From Eledone cirrhosa (lineage: Eukaryota): 64,000 bases of DNA. Positions 38,706 to 50,448 of the stretch are shown here, piece after piece (the first letter of the stretch is position 1; every line of letters begins with the position of its first letter). Made by a program: the position numbers and the translations under genes. The DNA lies in NCBI GenBank assembly GCA_964016885.1, contig OZ024753.1, forward strand, positions 15,686,001 to 15,750,000, in the 5' to 3' direction. The notes under the pieces were generated by a model. It had not been told where the DNA came from. It searched no databases and saw nothing but the letters and a program-made list of their open reading frames with translations.

Positions 38706-38723
38706 ATATATATATATATATAT

Positions 38724-38988
38724 TCATTTCATTTTACGTCCACTTTTCCCTGCTTGCAAGGGTGGGACAGGAACTGATTCTGGCTTGATTTCTATAGTTG
38801 GATGCCCTTCCTAACACCAACCTCATTTACAGTGAGTGCTAGGTGCTTTTTTGCCGTGGCACCTGCACGACCACTTTGCAGTGGAATGATAGGGATCCCA
38901 GTCCCTATCATCTCATTTCTACAGTTGAGTAAACTGGAGCCAATGTGAATTAAAGTGTCTTGCTCAAGGAAACAACACATCACCCGGT
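38724..38988 (-). mobile_element. SINE family A, 5'-truncated
   Basis: Consensus match. Confidence 0.88.
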
Positions 38989-39332
38989 ATATATATATAT
39001 GAAGTTTGAAAGCCACGACAATATGAAATGGTTAAATGAATAAAGAGTGGAATGAGGTGTGATTTTACCTTACTTATTTGTATGTCCTGATATTTCAAGA
39101 TTAAAATCTCTCCTTCCGAGGAAAATAAAAGGGTCTAATCCAGGGTCCGATGTAGCGTGCTATACAATGCTGCTGGAAGTGGTTTTATTATTATTTTTTT
39201 GTCAACCTCTTTTGTTTTAAGAACTAAAGGTCTGGACAGGTCAAAGGGACACAGAGTTATTTCCCTTTAAATCTACATAAACACATGTACTAATATGCGG
39301 TGACACACAGCCACATTCACGCCTGTGTGTGA

Positions 39333-39366
<34 letters not shown>

Positions 39367-39369
<3 letters not shown>

Positions 39370-39872
39370 GTACAGCAAATTTTTTTAATTTATTTTAAAA
39401 CTTTTTCTCTATTTGCTAGACCTTGATTTTATATGTTCTGGCTTGTTAATTTATTAACCCGCCATAGAACCACATTGGCATACGGTTGGATAATACTTAT
39501 TTCCCTATATGTATATTTTACACGTAGGAATTCATACTTTATTATTATTGATCTCCCCCTAAGGTAGAGATAAAATTTTGGCCGTTTGGACTGCTGCTAT
39601 TTCTAGTGGCAGGACATTGACCTGTCCACCCTACCTTTTGTATTTGCACACGGCACCAGACAGAATTATTTCTTTCATCATTTGCTCTCATTTGGGAATG
39701 GTTTTGCATGGCGGGGAAGAAGAGCCTTCTGAAGATAGCTCCCTTCTCAATAGAAGCCCGCTTGGATTTTCCATTTATTCTGGAGCTTGAAACCGCGGTA
39801 AAGGCACATATAGTAAGTACAGTGAATTTTTTAAATTTATTTTAAAACTTTTTCTCTATTTGCTAGACCTTG

Positions 39873-39880
<8 letters not shown>
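39367..39880 (+). mobile_element. Retrozyme-like 447-bp monomer with terminal direct redundancy
   Basis: 39367-39433 repeats at 39814-39880; one intact hammerhead; bulged hairpin 39435-39470; (TA)n flanks. Confidence 0.75.
39724..39805 (+). ncRNA. Type I hammerhead ribozyme motif, intact core
   Basis: Stem I GCCTT/AAGGC; CTGAAGA 39729-39735; stem II AGCTCC/GGAGCT; GAAA 39789-39792; palindromic stem III ACCGCGGT; triplet GUA. Confidence 0.85.
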
Positions 39881-39902
<22 letters not shown>

Positions 39903-39903
<1 letters not shown>

Positions 39904-40152
39904 GTTATTCCAGGTTGAATCGAAGGTAACCACAGTAAGTAAGGTACTCAATACATAGCAGAGTATAAAAGTTTTAATATAGATGAGATTCTACAGGACT
40001 AGAACTGTTTCATTCTTTAGAAATCATCAGGAATCTGGGTATCAAAAACCATACTATAAATACCATATTTATTTTTTGATACCCAGATTCCTGATGATTT
40101 CTAAAGAATGAAACAGTTCTAGTCCTGTAGAATCTCATCTATATTAAAACTT
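39903..40152 (-). mobile_element. Fold-back element with intact hammerhead motifs on both strands (39986-40036 minus; 40085-40135 plus)
   Basis: AGATTC-CTGATGA-tTTCtaaaGAAt-GAAA-CAG..CTG-T-A-GAATCT in both arms; tail hairpin 39946-39964. Confidence 0.8.
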
Positions 40153-40814
40153 ATATAAATATATATATATATATTTATATATGAAACATCTATAATTTCT
40201 TTTTCCAAAATTACACTTGCAAGACATTGGTCAACCTAAGGCAATAGTAAAAGTATTGATCACGGCGCTGTACTTGGGTCCAGAACCTAAAACCACATGG
40301 TTTCGAAGTGAACTTCTTAGGAGATCAGTAGTGTTCGATGGGAGCAGCTCGTTATGAATGACAACTTTTCCAGTTCCACCAGGCAGTTAGCGGGGCTTTG
40401 CAAGGGTGGAGGCCATTGCTTCTTCTTGTGGGGTCTCTCACTTTATCAACCCACAATCACTTGCAATTTACATTAATGTAGAGACCACATTTTTCACCAG
40501 CAGTCACCAATCACACACAGAACCACATGTTTTATTGCTTATTGTAACACGACAGAATATAATTTTCTCAACCATTATAATCGAAATAAAAAAAAAACGT
40601 CTGCAACTTATCACACGACAAATTACACCTATTGTCTTCTGACACGCTCTGAAAATGGGAGGAAAAGTTACATAAGTGTTTCTTTAATATCTAGCACATC
40701 TACATAGTTAGAAGGTGTGAAAGTTGGTGTGGGAAAACATATTAACTAACACATACACATATACAACAATATATATATAAACACAGTTTAACTAATGCTA
40801 AAGTTTCCATATAT

Positions 40815-41153
40815 ATCATCATCATCATCATTTTACATCCACTTTTCCCTGCTTGCAAGGGTGGAACGGGAACTGATTCTGGCTTGATTTCTACAGCTGG
40901 ATGCCCTTCCTAACACCAACCTCATTTACAGTGAGTGCTGGGTGCTTTCTTGCCGTGGCACCTCCACAACCACTTTGCAGTGGAATGATAGGGACCTCAG
41001 TCCCTATCATCTCGTTTCTACAGCTGAGTAAACTGAAGCAATGTGAAATAAAGTGTCTTGCTCAAGGAAACAACACATCACCCGGTCTGAAAATTGACCT
41101 CACAACCTTTCGATTGCAAGGCCAATGCTCTAACTACTAAGCCATGTGCCTCC
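40815..41153 (-). mobile_element. SINE family A
   Basis: Consensus match. Confidence 0.9.
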
Positions 41154-41259
41154 AATATATGTATATGTATATATGTATATACATATACATATATATATAT
41201 ATATATACGTATGTGTATGTATATCTATATATGTATATATATACATATATACGTATGTG

Positions 41260-41297
<38 letters not shown>

Positions 41298-42052
41298 GGA
41301 GGTGAGTTTTATTGTAGTACAATAAAGCAATGCAGATATCGGATAAGAAGCACTCTACAGTTTGTAGGACTGGAGTATACATAATATATAAGATCAAAAG
41401 ATGGTTAAAAGAGTTCCATGTATTCTATTATGCGCATTTCAAAAACAAATATCATCATGCAATAACATTTGTGTTTTCATCAGATAAAATAGGAAGACAT
41501 GATATGAAGGTTAAAAAACACTTGTGAATAGTGCAGTTTTAAATCAACAGTTTTAGATTGATGTGTGATATTGGGTATAAATTTTTTGAGGGGGGGTGGT
41601 GGAAAGGATGAAAAAGAGAAGGAGATGAGAGTAAAAAGTGGAGGGGGAGGAGTATAATGAGGAAGGATGAGATAGGAGTCTGGGTTTTTTTTCCCCTTGT
41701 GACTTACACTTGTGCTTTTTCAAAGTTCTACGTCACTCACAAAGTTAGTGCATAGCAAAATACCTGTTGATAACGTGATATTCCTTGTTCGATCATTATG
41801 CTAAAAGCTTATAGTTTTAAGCAGACAGTATTATTGATTTGGGTGTCATAGAAACCCTGCATTTGGATTTCACCATCAATTCCATTTGGGTCCAGGTCGG
41901 TTTTTATCATTTATTTTGTTCGACCTGTTTAGCTTGATTTGTTTTTTGGCTTAGGTGGGTAATGCCTTCTTGTCCAATTTTTCAGCATGTCTACGACTTT
42001 GCGTTTCATTTTGCATTTTCTACCAGCCGAAATACGATTCTCGCTGAATTTA

Positions 42053-42108
<56 letters not shown>

Positions 42109-42292
42109 AGTAAAGTATGTGTGTATACGTACATACATATATGTGTCAGTGTTGAACAAAAAGGTGACGTGGTTGCCTTAACACCGTACGGCATAAAAAT
42201 TCAGGGTGTTCAGTTTGTTTACAAACGAACAAAGCGGCGTTATAATAAGCGTCCACTAAACTGATACGTGCATATGTGTATGTGTACTCGTA

Positions 42293-42360
<68 letters not shown>

Positions 42361-42487
42361 TGCTACTGTACGTCTGTATACATATATGTATGTACGTATA
42401 CACACATACTTACATTTAAGTAAGTGCCGTACTAAGAGTGAGAAATGAAATTTCGTTTTCATTTTATTTCAACTTATATATATATAT

Positions 42488-42940
42488 AAATGAAAGGATT
42501 ACAAAGGATATTACATACTGTTAGAACATGTTTATACAAAAGCACCTACGTACGTTTCGCCCGAGATGGGCTTCTCCAGGGCATACAAATCTAGAGAGTG
42601 TTCAGTATAGAACCCAGAAGGGGTTTTAAGAAGATAGTCACATTGAAGTTCATTCTTGATTCAAACATACATGTCTGTTTGAGAAGCCCTTCTCGGGTGA
42701 AACATACGTAGGTGCTTATTGTATAAACATGTTCTAACAGTCTGTATTCTCTTTCGTAATCCTTTCATTTGTAATCGCTCTGCTTATATTCTCGCCCACT
42801 AAATATTAACGCCACCAATATTTAACTCTGTAGGCACAAGTATTGAGCACAATTGCACCAGCTTTTGGCAACTAACTATATGTATCGCTTATCCCTTTAA
42901 ACCTCTACTCTCTCACGATACTAAAATATTCTATACATAT
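42488..42940 (+). mobile_element. Fold-back element with a hammerhead-like motif (42542-42583, minus strand)
   Basis: Arms 42488-42575 and 42681-42770; minus strand GCC-CTGGAGA-aGCCCatctcGGGC-GAAA-CGTACG-T-A-GGT; tail hairpin 42777-42848. Confidence 0.65.
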
Positions 42941-42989
42941 ATTCTTTCTAGGGCGGGTAAAATTCCCGAGATCCATGGACGAGTTCTCT

Positions 42990-43420
42990 CTAGCGGTCTC
43001 TATCCCTCATTATCGCTGCCATGTCCTGCATCTCCAACAGACCAGTGTCTGTCCTTAGGGCACCAACATACGTTAATCTTGCTCTTCCTCTTCCAGTGTG
43101 TTCATGTAGGGGCTCCCACAGGAGCACTGAGTGCAATGTCAACTCTGAATGTCGGTGAGCATGCCCAGCTAACCTTAGTCTCCTCTGTGTCACTTTTGAA
43201 CTGACTTTTGGGAGGCTCCCGTACAGCTCAGTGTATACTGATTAATGTTCAGAGCCATCCTCGGCATTCTCGTGTAGCACCCATCCACCATCTGAGTGAG
43301 TTTCTTGGTCAGAGTCCAAGTTTCAGACCCATACAGCAGCACAGACTCCACTACAGCAATGAAGTGGCGGATTTTCAGGTCTTTTTGAAGGTCCGACTTC
43401 CACACTGATCTCAATTCTGG
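42990..43420 (-). pseudogene. RTE-like LINE RT C-terminal fragment (different family)
   Basis: VESVLLYGSETWTLTK and RRLRLAGHAHRH..LLWEP..GRGR motifs; frameshifted. Confidence 0.8.
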
Positions 43421-43484
43421 AATTGAACCATCAAGACCGTTGAGGTATGTCGTAATCAATTCATGTATTTTATCTGACGACTAC

Positions 43485-46400
43485 CTCCCAAATATCCGAC
43501 AATGACTATATAATTATTGCAGGCGACCTAAATGGTCACGTTGGACAACATTGTGACGGCTACGACGAAATCCATGGAGGCTATCGGTTTGGTACTAGAA
43601 ATGAGGAAGGCTCCAGAATCCTGGAATTCTGTGATGCAAATAACCTAACTATCTGTAACACTAACTTCAAAAAACGTGACAATCACCTGATCACCTATAG
43701 ATCCGGGGAACACACAAGCCAGGTAGATTATATCCTTACCAGAAGACGTGACAGAGTGTCTGTTGTAAACACTAAATCCCTCCCCCATGAAGAATGCACC
43801 TCCCAACATAGACTGATAATTAGCGACCTCATAGTCAGGACGAGACGTACTCGACAGCAGAAGAGGACTATCCTCAGGAGAAAAATATGGAAGCTAAAGG
43901 ACCCCACAGCCAGAAATAAATTTCAAAGCATATTACTTGATGCTTTCGACAGTAAGGAAGAACATTTAGAGTCGGACAATATAGAGGGACAGTGGGAATT
44001 TCTGAAAGCAAACCTGCTGTTGGCGACAGACGAAGTCTGTGGCTGGAGCAGGCCTGTAGGCAGGAGGAGAGTAACATGGTGGTGGAACAGTAAGGTGGAG
44101 GGGTCAATTAAGGCCAAAAAGCAGGCTTGGAAAGTATGGCGGGATGGGGGAAGTAGAGAAGACTATCAAGTGGCCAGGAGGGAAGCTAGGAGACAAGTGT
44201 ACTTAGCAAGAAGGGAAGCTGAGGAAAGAAAGTTCAAGCATGTTCTACAATGCGATGACCAAAAACGTGAGGTGTTCAGGATTGCTAGGCAATGCGTCAA
44301 GGAAAACCGTGATATTGTGTGTAATTAACGATGATGGCATACTTGCCATCACCGACGCTGATAAGAAGGTAGCTTGGAAGTGTCACTATGAAAGGCTACT
44401 AAATGAGGAGAATAAATGGGAGAAAGACAGTCTCCCCCATATCGACCCAATAGAGGGACCAGCAGTGTTAGTCGAGGGGAGTATAATAAGTAAGGCAATC
44501 AAGGATATGAAGACGGGTAAGGCGGCTGGGCCTTCGGAAATAGTTGCTGAGATGCTGAAGGCATCTGGCACGGTGGGACACACCATGGTCACCCGCATAG
44601 TTAACCAAGTCGTACAGAATGGGGTTGTTCCAAAGGACTGGCATAGCAGCATCATCGTTAACTGTTATAAGGGTAAAGGAGACGCCCTAGATAGGAGTAA
44701 CTATAGAGGCATTAAATTAATCGACCAGGTCATGAAGGTCACGGAAAAAGTAATAGCGCAACTAATCAGAGAGAGAATTGACCTAGATGAAATGCAGTTC
44801 GGGTTTGTGTCAGGCAAAAGTACCACAGACGCTCTTTTCATAGTACGACAACTACAGGAGAAGTACCTAGCTAAAGGTAAACCCCTCTACTTAGCTTTTG
44901 TCGACTTGGAGAAAGCCTTCGACAGAGTCCCCCGCTCCATTATCTGGTGGGCTCTTAGAAAACTAGGCGTTGACGAATGGCTTGTGAGGGCTATACAAGC
45001 CATGTATAAAGAAACAGTCAGTAAGGTTAGAATTAACAACAAATATAGTGAAGAGTTTAGCGTAAAAGTTGGCATCCATCAGGGCTCTGTTCTCAGCCCC
45101 CTACTATTTATTATTGCCCTTCAGGCTATAACAGAGGAGTTCAAGACCGGCTGCCCATGGGAACTCCTATATGCAGACGACCTGACACTCATAGCGGAAT
45201 CAATGGCCGAGCTAGAGAAGAAATTCCAAACATGGAAGCACGGCCTAGAGTCAAAAGGACTTAAAATTAACCTGGCTAAGACTAAAGTTCTAGTTTGTAG
45301 GAAAGAAAACAAGGCGGCGGTCCCTTCTGGGAAATGGTCGTGCTCGGTGTGTAGGAAAGGCGTAGGTAGAAACTCCATTTTATGTCCTAAATGCAAAGTA
45401 TGGGTGCATAAAAGATGTAGTGGGATCACAGGTAAGCTAACTAAGAACATAGATTTTACATGTGGCCGGTGTTCTGGTGCAATAAGTAGCAGCAAGTGCC
45501 CACAAAATACTAGCTCTTTCAATTGTGCAGAGGGTTCTATAGAAATAGTGGACAGCTTCCGTTACCTGGGCGATAAAATCAGCAGTGGGGGAGGGTGCTC
45601 TGAAAGTACAGTAGCTAGAGTCAGAACTGGTTGGAAAAAGTTCAGAGAGCTTATACCACTATTAGCTGCTAAAGGGTTCTCCCTAAAAATGAAAGGCAGG
45701 TTGTACGATGCCTACATACGAACAGCAATGTTGCATGGCAGTGAGACCTGGGCATTGTGTGCAGAGGATATACGCAGACTAGAGAGGAACGAACCTTGCA
45801 TGCTCCGCTGGATGTGTAACAGTAATATACGTGAACGGCAAAGCATAAACGAACTAAGGAAAAAATTAGAGATAAGAGGGATCAGATGTTGTTTACTCGA
45901 GAGAAGGCTACGTTGGTATGGACACGTGATGCGCATGAAAGTCGATAGCTGTATAACAAAGTGCAGGGCAATAAAGATAGACGGTAGCCACGGAATAGGC
46001 AGACCTAGAAAAACCTGGGACGAGCTGATAAACTCCGACCTCACACACTTACACCTCTCCAAGACAATGTCACTGGACCGAGACCTTTGGCGGTACTCAG
46101 TAACAGAGAAGACCCGCCTTGCCAGTAGGCATCTCTAACAAAATACACCCCGTCCCGCCACCACCCCCACCCCATCCACACCACCCCGTTCTATGTAAAG
46201 TTATGTTGGTGCCGCGCCATCCAGGCCGAAACAAATGAGATCGTGTAGGTGTCACGACAAAAAAACACACAGTCCACGCTGTAATGTGGCCGTGTAGGCA
46301 ACACGGTAAAAACCTCCCAGACCCACACTGTAAATGTGGTTGGTGTTAGGAAGGGCATCCAACTGTAGAAAACCTGCCAGACAGTCCTATGCGAGCAAGA

Positions 46401-46486
46401 CAATCACTCTTGCCTCAAGTGGGACTACCCCTGTCCAAACCCATGCAAGCGTGGAACACGGACGTTAAACGTTGATGATGATGATG
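43485..46486 (+). mobile_element. 5'-truncated RTE-clade LINE (APE endonuclease C-half, RT, PHD-like finger, 3' UTR, (GAT)n tail)
   Basis: IAGDLNGHVG, NTNFKK, SQVDYIL and TSQHRL (APE); NYRGIKL, FVDLEKAFDRV, GIHQGSVLSPLLF, LLYADD, FRYLG and RRLRWYGHV (RT); one frameshift at about 44320. Confidence 0.95.
44240..46138 (+). CDS. Reverse transcriptase part of the LINE ORF (632-aa open frame, disconnected from the endonuclease by a frameshift)
   Basis: All RT motifs including YADD are in one open frame. Confidence 0.85.
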   Translation: MFYNAMTKNVRCSGLLGNASRKTVILCVINDDGILAITDADKKVAWKCHYERLLNEENKWEKDSLPHIDPIEGPAVLVEGSIISKAIKDMKTGKAAGPSEIVAEMLKASGTVGHTMVTRIVNQVVQNGVVPKDWHSSIIVNCYKGKGDALDRSNYRGIKLIDQVMKVTEKVIAQLIRERIDLDEMQFGFVSGKSTTDALFIVRQLQEKYLAKGKPLYLAFVDLEKAFDRVPRSIIWWALRKLGVDEWLVRAIQAMYKETVSKVRINNKYSEEFSVKVGIHQGSVLSPLLFIIALQAITEEFKTGCPWELLYADDLTLIAESMAELEKKFQTWKHGLESKGLKINLAKTKVLVCRKENKAAVPSGKWSCSVCRKGVGRNSILCPKCKVWVHKRCSGITGKLTKNIDFTCGRCSGAISSSKCPQNTSSFNCAEGSIEIVDSFRYLGDKISSGGGCSESTVARVRTGWKKFRELIPLLAAKGFSLKMKGRLYDAYIRTAMLHGSETWALCAEDIRRLERNEPCMLRWMCNSNIRERQSINELRKKLEIRGIRCCLLERRLRWYGHVMRMKVDSCITKCRAIKIDGSHGIGRPRKTWDELINSDLTHLHLSKTMSLDRDLWRYSVTEKTRLASRHL

Positions 46487-46593
46487 AGGACGTACTGAAA
46501 AAACAGCACAGTACCTTCGAAATATATATAATAAAACATATATTTTGATTATATGAACGTATTCATTTATTTGAATAATACATACATATACAT

Positions 46594-47745
46594 ATCATCA
46601 TCATCATCATCATCAACGTTTAACGTCCGTGTTCCACGCTTGCATGGGTTTGGACGGGGGTAGTCCCACTTGAGGCAAGAGTGATTGTCTTGCTCGCATA
46701 GGACTGTCTGGCAGGTTTTCTACAGTTGGATGCCCTTCCTAACACCAACCACATTTACAGTGTGGGTCTGGGAGGTTTTTACCGTGTTGCCTACACGGCC
46801 ACATTACAGCGTGGACTGTGTGTTTTTTGTCGTGACACCTACACGATCTCATTTGTTTCGGCCTCGATGGCGCGGCACCAACATAACTTTACATAGAACG
46901 GGGTGGTGTGGATCGGGTGGGGGTGTGGGTGGTGGGACGGGGTGTATTTTGTTAGAGATGCCTACTGGCTGGAGTAGGTTTTACTATATATTTAGGTAAG
47001 GCGGGTCTTCTCTGTTACTGAGTACCGCCAAAGGTCTCGGTCCAGTGACATTGTCTTGGAGAGGTGTAAGTGTGTGATGTCGGAGTTTATCAGCTCGTCC
47101 CAGGTTTTTCTAGGTCTGCCTATTCCGTGACTACCGTCTATCTTTATTGCCCTGCACTTTGTTATACAGCTATCGACTTTCATGCGCATCACGTGTCCAT
47201 ACCAACGTAGCCTTCTCTCGAGTAAACAACATCTGATCCCTCTTATCTCTAATTTATTCCTTAGTTCGTTTATGCTTTGCCGTTCACGTATATTACTGTT
47301 ACACATCCAGCGGAGCATGCAAGCTTCGTTCCTCTCTAGTCTGCGTATATCCTCTGCACACAATGCCCAGGTCTCACTGCCATGCAGCATTGCTGTTCGT
47401 ATGCAGGCATCGTACAACCTGCCTTTCATTTTTAGTGAGAACCCTTTAGCAGCTAATAGTGGTATAAGCTCTCTGAACTTTTTCCAACCAGTTCTGACTC
47501 TAGCTACAGTACTTTCAGAGCACCCTCCCCCACTGCTGATTTTATCGCCCAGGTAACGGAAGCTGTCCACTATTTCTATAGAACCCTCTGCGCAATTGAA
47601 AGAGCTAGTAGTTTGTGGGCACTGGCTGCTACTTATTGCACCAGAGCACCGGCCACATGTAAAATCTATGTTCTTAGTTAGCTTACCTGTGATCCCACTA
47701 CATCTTTTATGCACCCATACTTTGCATTTAGGACATAAAATGGAG

Positions 47746-47746
<1 letters not shown>
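46594..47746 (-). mobile_element. Inverted 3' copy of the same RTE LINE
   Basis: Reverse complement of 45372-46486 with few substitutions and a short insertion near 46970-46997. Confidence 0.95.
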
Positions 47747-47789
<43 letters not shown>

Positions 47790-47796
47790 TAAATAC

Positions 47797-47849
<53 letters not shown>

Positions 47850-47857
47850 CATATATA

Positions 47858-48221
47858 TATCATCATCATTTCATTTTACGTCCACTTTTCCCTGCTTGCA
47901 AGGGTGGGACGGGAACTGATTCTGGCTTGATTTCTACAGCTGGATGCCCTTCCTAACACCAACCTCATTTACAGTGAGTGCTGGGTGCTTTTTTGCCGTG
48001 GCACCTCCACGACCACTTTGCAGTGGAATTATAGGGACCCCAGTCCCTATCATCTCATTTCTACAGCTGAGTAAGCTGGAGCAATGTGAAATAAAGTGTC
48101 TTGCTCAAGGAAACAACACATCACCCGGTCTGGGAATTGAACTCACAACCTTTCGATTGCAAGGCCAATGCTCTAACCACTAAGCCATGTGCCATATATA
48201 CATATATATATATATATATAC

Positions 48222-48290
<69 letters not shown>

Positions 48291-48653
48291 TATATATTAT
48301 ATATAAAAATATATATATATATGGAGGCACATGGCTTAGTGGTTAGAGCATTGGCCTTGCAATCGAAAGGTTGTGAGTTCAATTCTCAGACCGGGTGATG
48401 TGTTGTTTCCTTGAGCAAGACACTTTATTGCACATTGCTCCAGTTTACTCAGCTGTAGAAATGAGATGATATGGACCCCAGTCCCTATCATTCCACTGCA
48501 AAGTGGTCGTGGAGGTGCCACGGCAAAAAACCACCCAGCGCTCACTGTAAATCAGGTTGGTGTTAGGAAGGGCATCCAGCTGTAGAAATCAAGCCAGAAT
48601 CAGTTCCTGTCCCACCCTTGCAAGCAGGGAAAAGTGGACGTAAAATGAAATGA
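47858..48653. mobile_element. Head-to-head pair of SINE A copies (47858-48193 minus; 48323-48653 plus) separated by (TA)n
   Basis: Both match the consensus. Confidence 0.9.
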
Positions 48654-48681
48654 ATATATATACATATATACATATATATAC

Positions 48682-48712
<31 letters not shown>

Positions 48713-48759
48713 CATATATATATACATATATATACACACACACATATATATTATATATA

Positions 48760-48801
<42 letters not shown>

Positions 48802-49219
48802 TATAATCTATATATATATAAAATATATATTTGTATTTTTGTAGGCCCGTGAGAATTAGAAAATAGAGGCGAATGAAAATTTTGAAAAACCCCAGTGTAA
48901 CAACACTTGCCACTTAGCAATAAGTGAATGTATATATATATATATGTGTGTGTGTTTGTGTGTGTGTGTGTTGGAAATAGAATTAGAAGTTGTCACCGTA
49001 TATTGACTACAGGAAATAGTCTAATATTAGGGCATATGGACCAACATAATGGAAAGAATGTGCATTAGCATGTGTGCGAACCAAACCAACAATCCTTCTT
49101 TTTGTGATATGTGTCCTAGACCAGTGGTCACCAACATTTTGGAGCTCACAGACCACTAAATTCATAATTTAAAATCCTGCAGACCACTAATATTAATCTT
49201 TTTTACAAAGATAAGTTGT

Positions 49220-49503
49220 AGTGTGCAGGAGAGAAGACTGCGATGGAATGGACATGTGATGTGCATGGAGGATGACCGCTGTGTAAAGAGGTGCCAAGAA
49301 ATCCCAGGAGAAGGAAGACGCTGTAGAGGAAGACAACAAAAAACATGGTCGGAGGTGGTGAGAGCAGACCTCAGATCACTGAAGCTCATGGTGGAGATGA
49401 CGAAGGACCGTGACAAGTGGAGAGATGCTGTACTGAATAGGACTCATCCCACCCTTGCAAACAGGGAAAAGCGGACGTAAAATGATGATGATGATGATGA
49501 TGA
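49220..49503 (+). mobile_element. RTE LINE 3' end, probably inserted in a hAT-like MITE (about 49122-49560)
   Basis: QERRLRWNGHV..GRQQKTWSEVVRADL..DRDKWR; tail cccacccttgcaaacagggaaaagcggacgtaaaa(tga)n; flanking cagtggtcaccaac and tcctaga repeats. Confidence 0.8.
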
Positions 49504-49763
49504 TAAATACACTAACATTTTTCAGCAGACCACCAAAATTTTCCCGTGGTCGATGACTGCTATCCTAGATTGATTATATCACCATAGGCTCTAATATTAG
49601 TCTACTATATATTCCTAAGTCACAATGTCCAATTGAAATATTGAATTATTTCATTTTATCCCTTTAAGTTCAAAGCTCTATCAAAGCTAATATATATTTA
49701 GGTTTTCAATATTATTTTTTCTCCTTTTTTAAACACGTTTCAGTCGTCCTTTCTTTGGTTCTA

Positions 49764-49903
49764 GGTAATTTGACTCCAGTAATTTGACCCTGGTAATTTG
49801 ACCCTGGTAATTTGACCCTAGTAATTTGACCCTAGTAATTTGACTCCAGTAATTTGACCCTGGTAATTTGACCCCAGTAATTTGACCCTGGTAATTTCAC
49901 TCC
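49764..49903. repeat. 14-bp tandem repeat, about 10 copies
   Basis: (g/a)gtaatttgaccct. Confidence 0.92.
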
Positions 49904-49953
49904 CGATATTAGAAAAAATAAAACGTTGAAATTCCTTATTATTATTATTATTT

Positions 49954-50340
49954 AGCGGTGGATTGGCAGTATCGGTAGAGGGTCGGACGCCATGCTTTGA
50001 CGCATAGAGTTACGGCCCTTGCCATTCTGAGTTCAAATCCTGCCGAGGTTAACTTTGCCTTTCATCCTTATGGGGTTGATAAAATAAAGTACCAGTAATA
50101 CACTGTGTAATTGCTGGACTTGTGCCAAAAGTAGAAACAATTATTATTATTATTATTATTTACAATCAGGGCGGTGGATTGGCAGTATCGGTAGAGGGTC
50201 GGACGCCATGCTTTCCAGCATAGTTACGTCCCTTTACGATCTGAGTTCAAATCTCGCCGAGGTTGACTTTGCCTTTCATCCTTACAGGGTCGATAAAATA
50301 AAGTACCAGTAATGCACTGGGTAATTGCTGGCCTTGTGCT
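49954..50340 (+). mobile_element. Two tandem SINE B copies (49954-50160 and 50170-50340)
   Basis: Consensus matches. Confidence 0.9.
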
Positions 50341-50448
50341 TTGTGCAATTATTTACTATCAGTTCAAAACAAAACCAAATTGCTGGCCTTGTGCTTTGTG
50401 CTGAGGTTAGGTTTTAGTAATATTTGTTTCCCTTTTCATATAGTTACG

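Noticed and set aside
40320-40500. GC-richer segment with a minus-strand ATG GCC TCC ACC CTT GCA AAG CCC
   Set aside because: Stop after 9 codons; no supportable homology.
4983-42770. Interpreting the short palindromes as TIR MITEs or miRNA precursors
   Set aside because: Arm and spacer lengths vary within a family, a conserved tail lies outside the inverted repeat, and the arms carry hammerhead motifs; this fits PLE-type inversions better.
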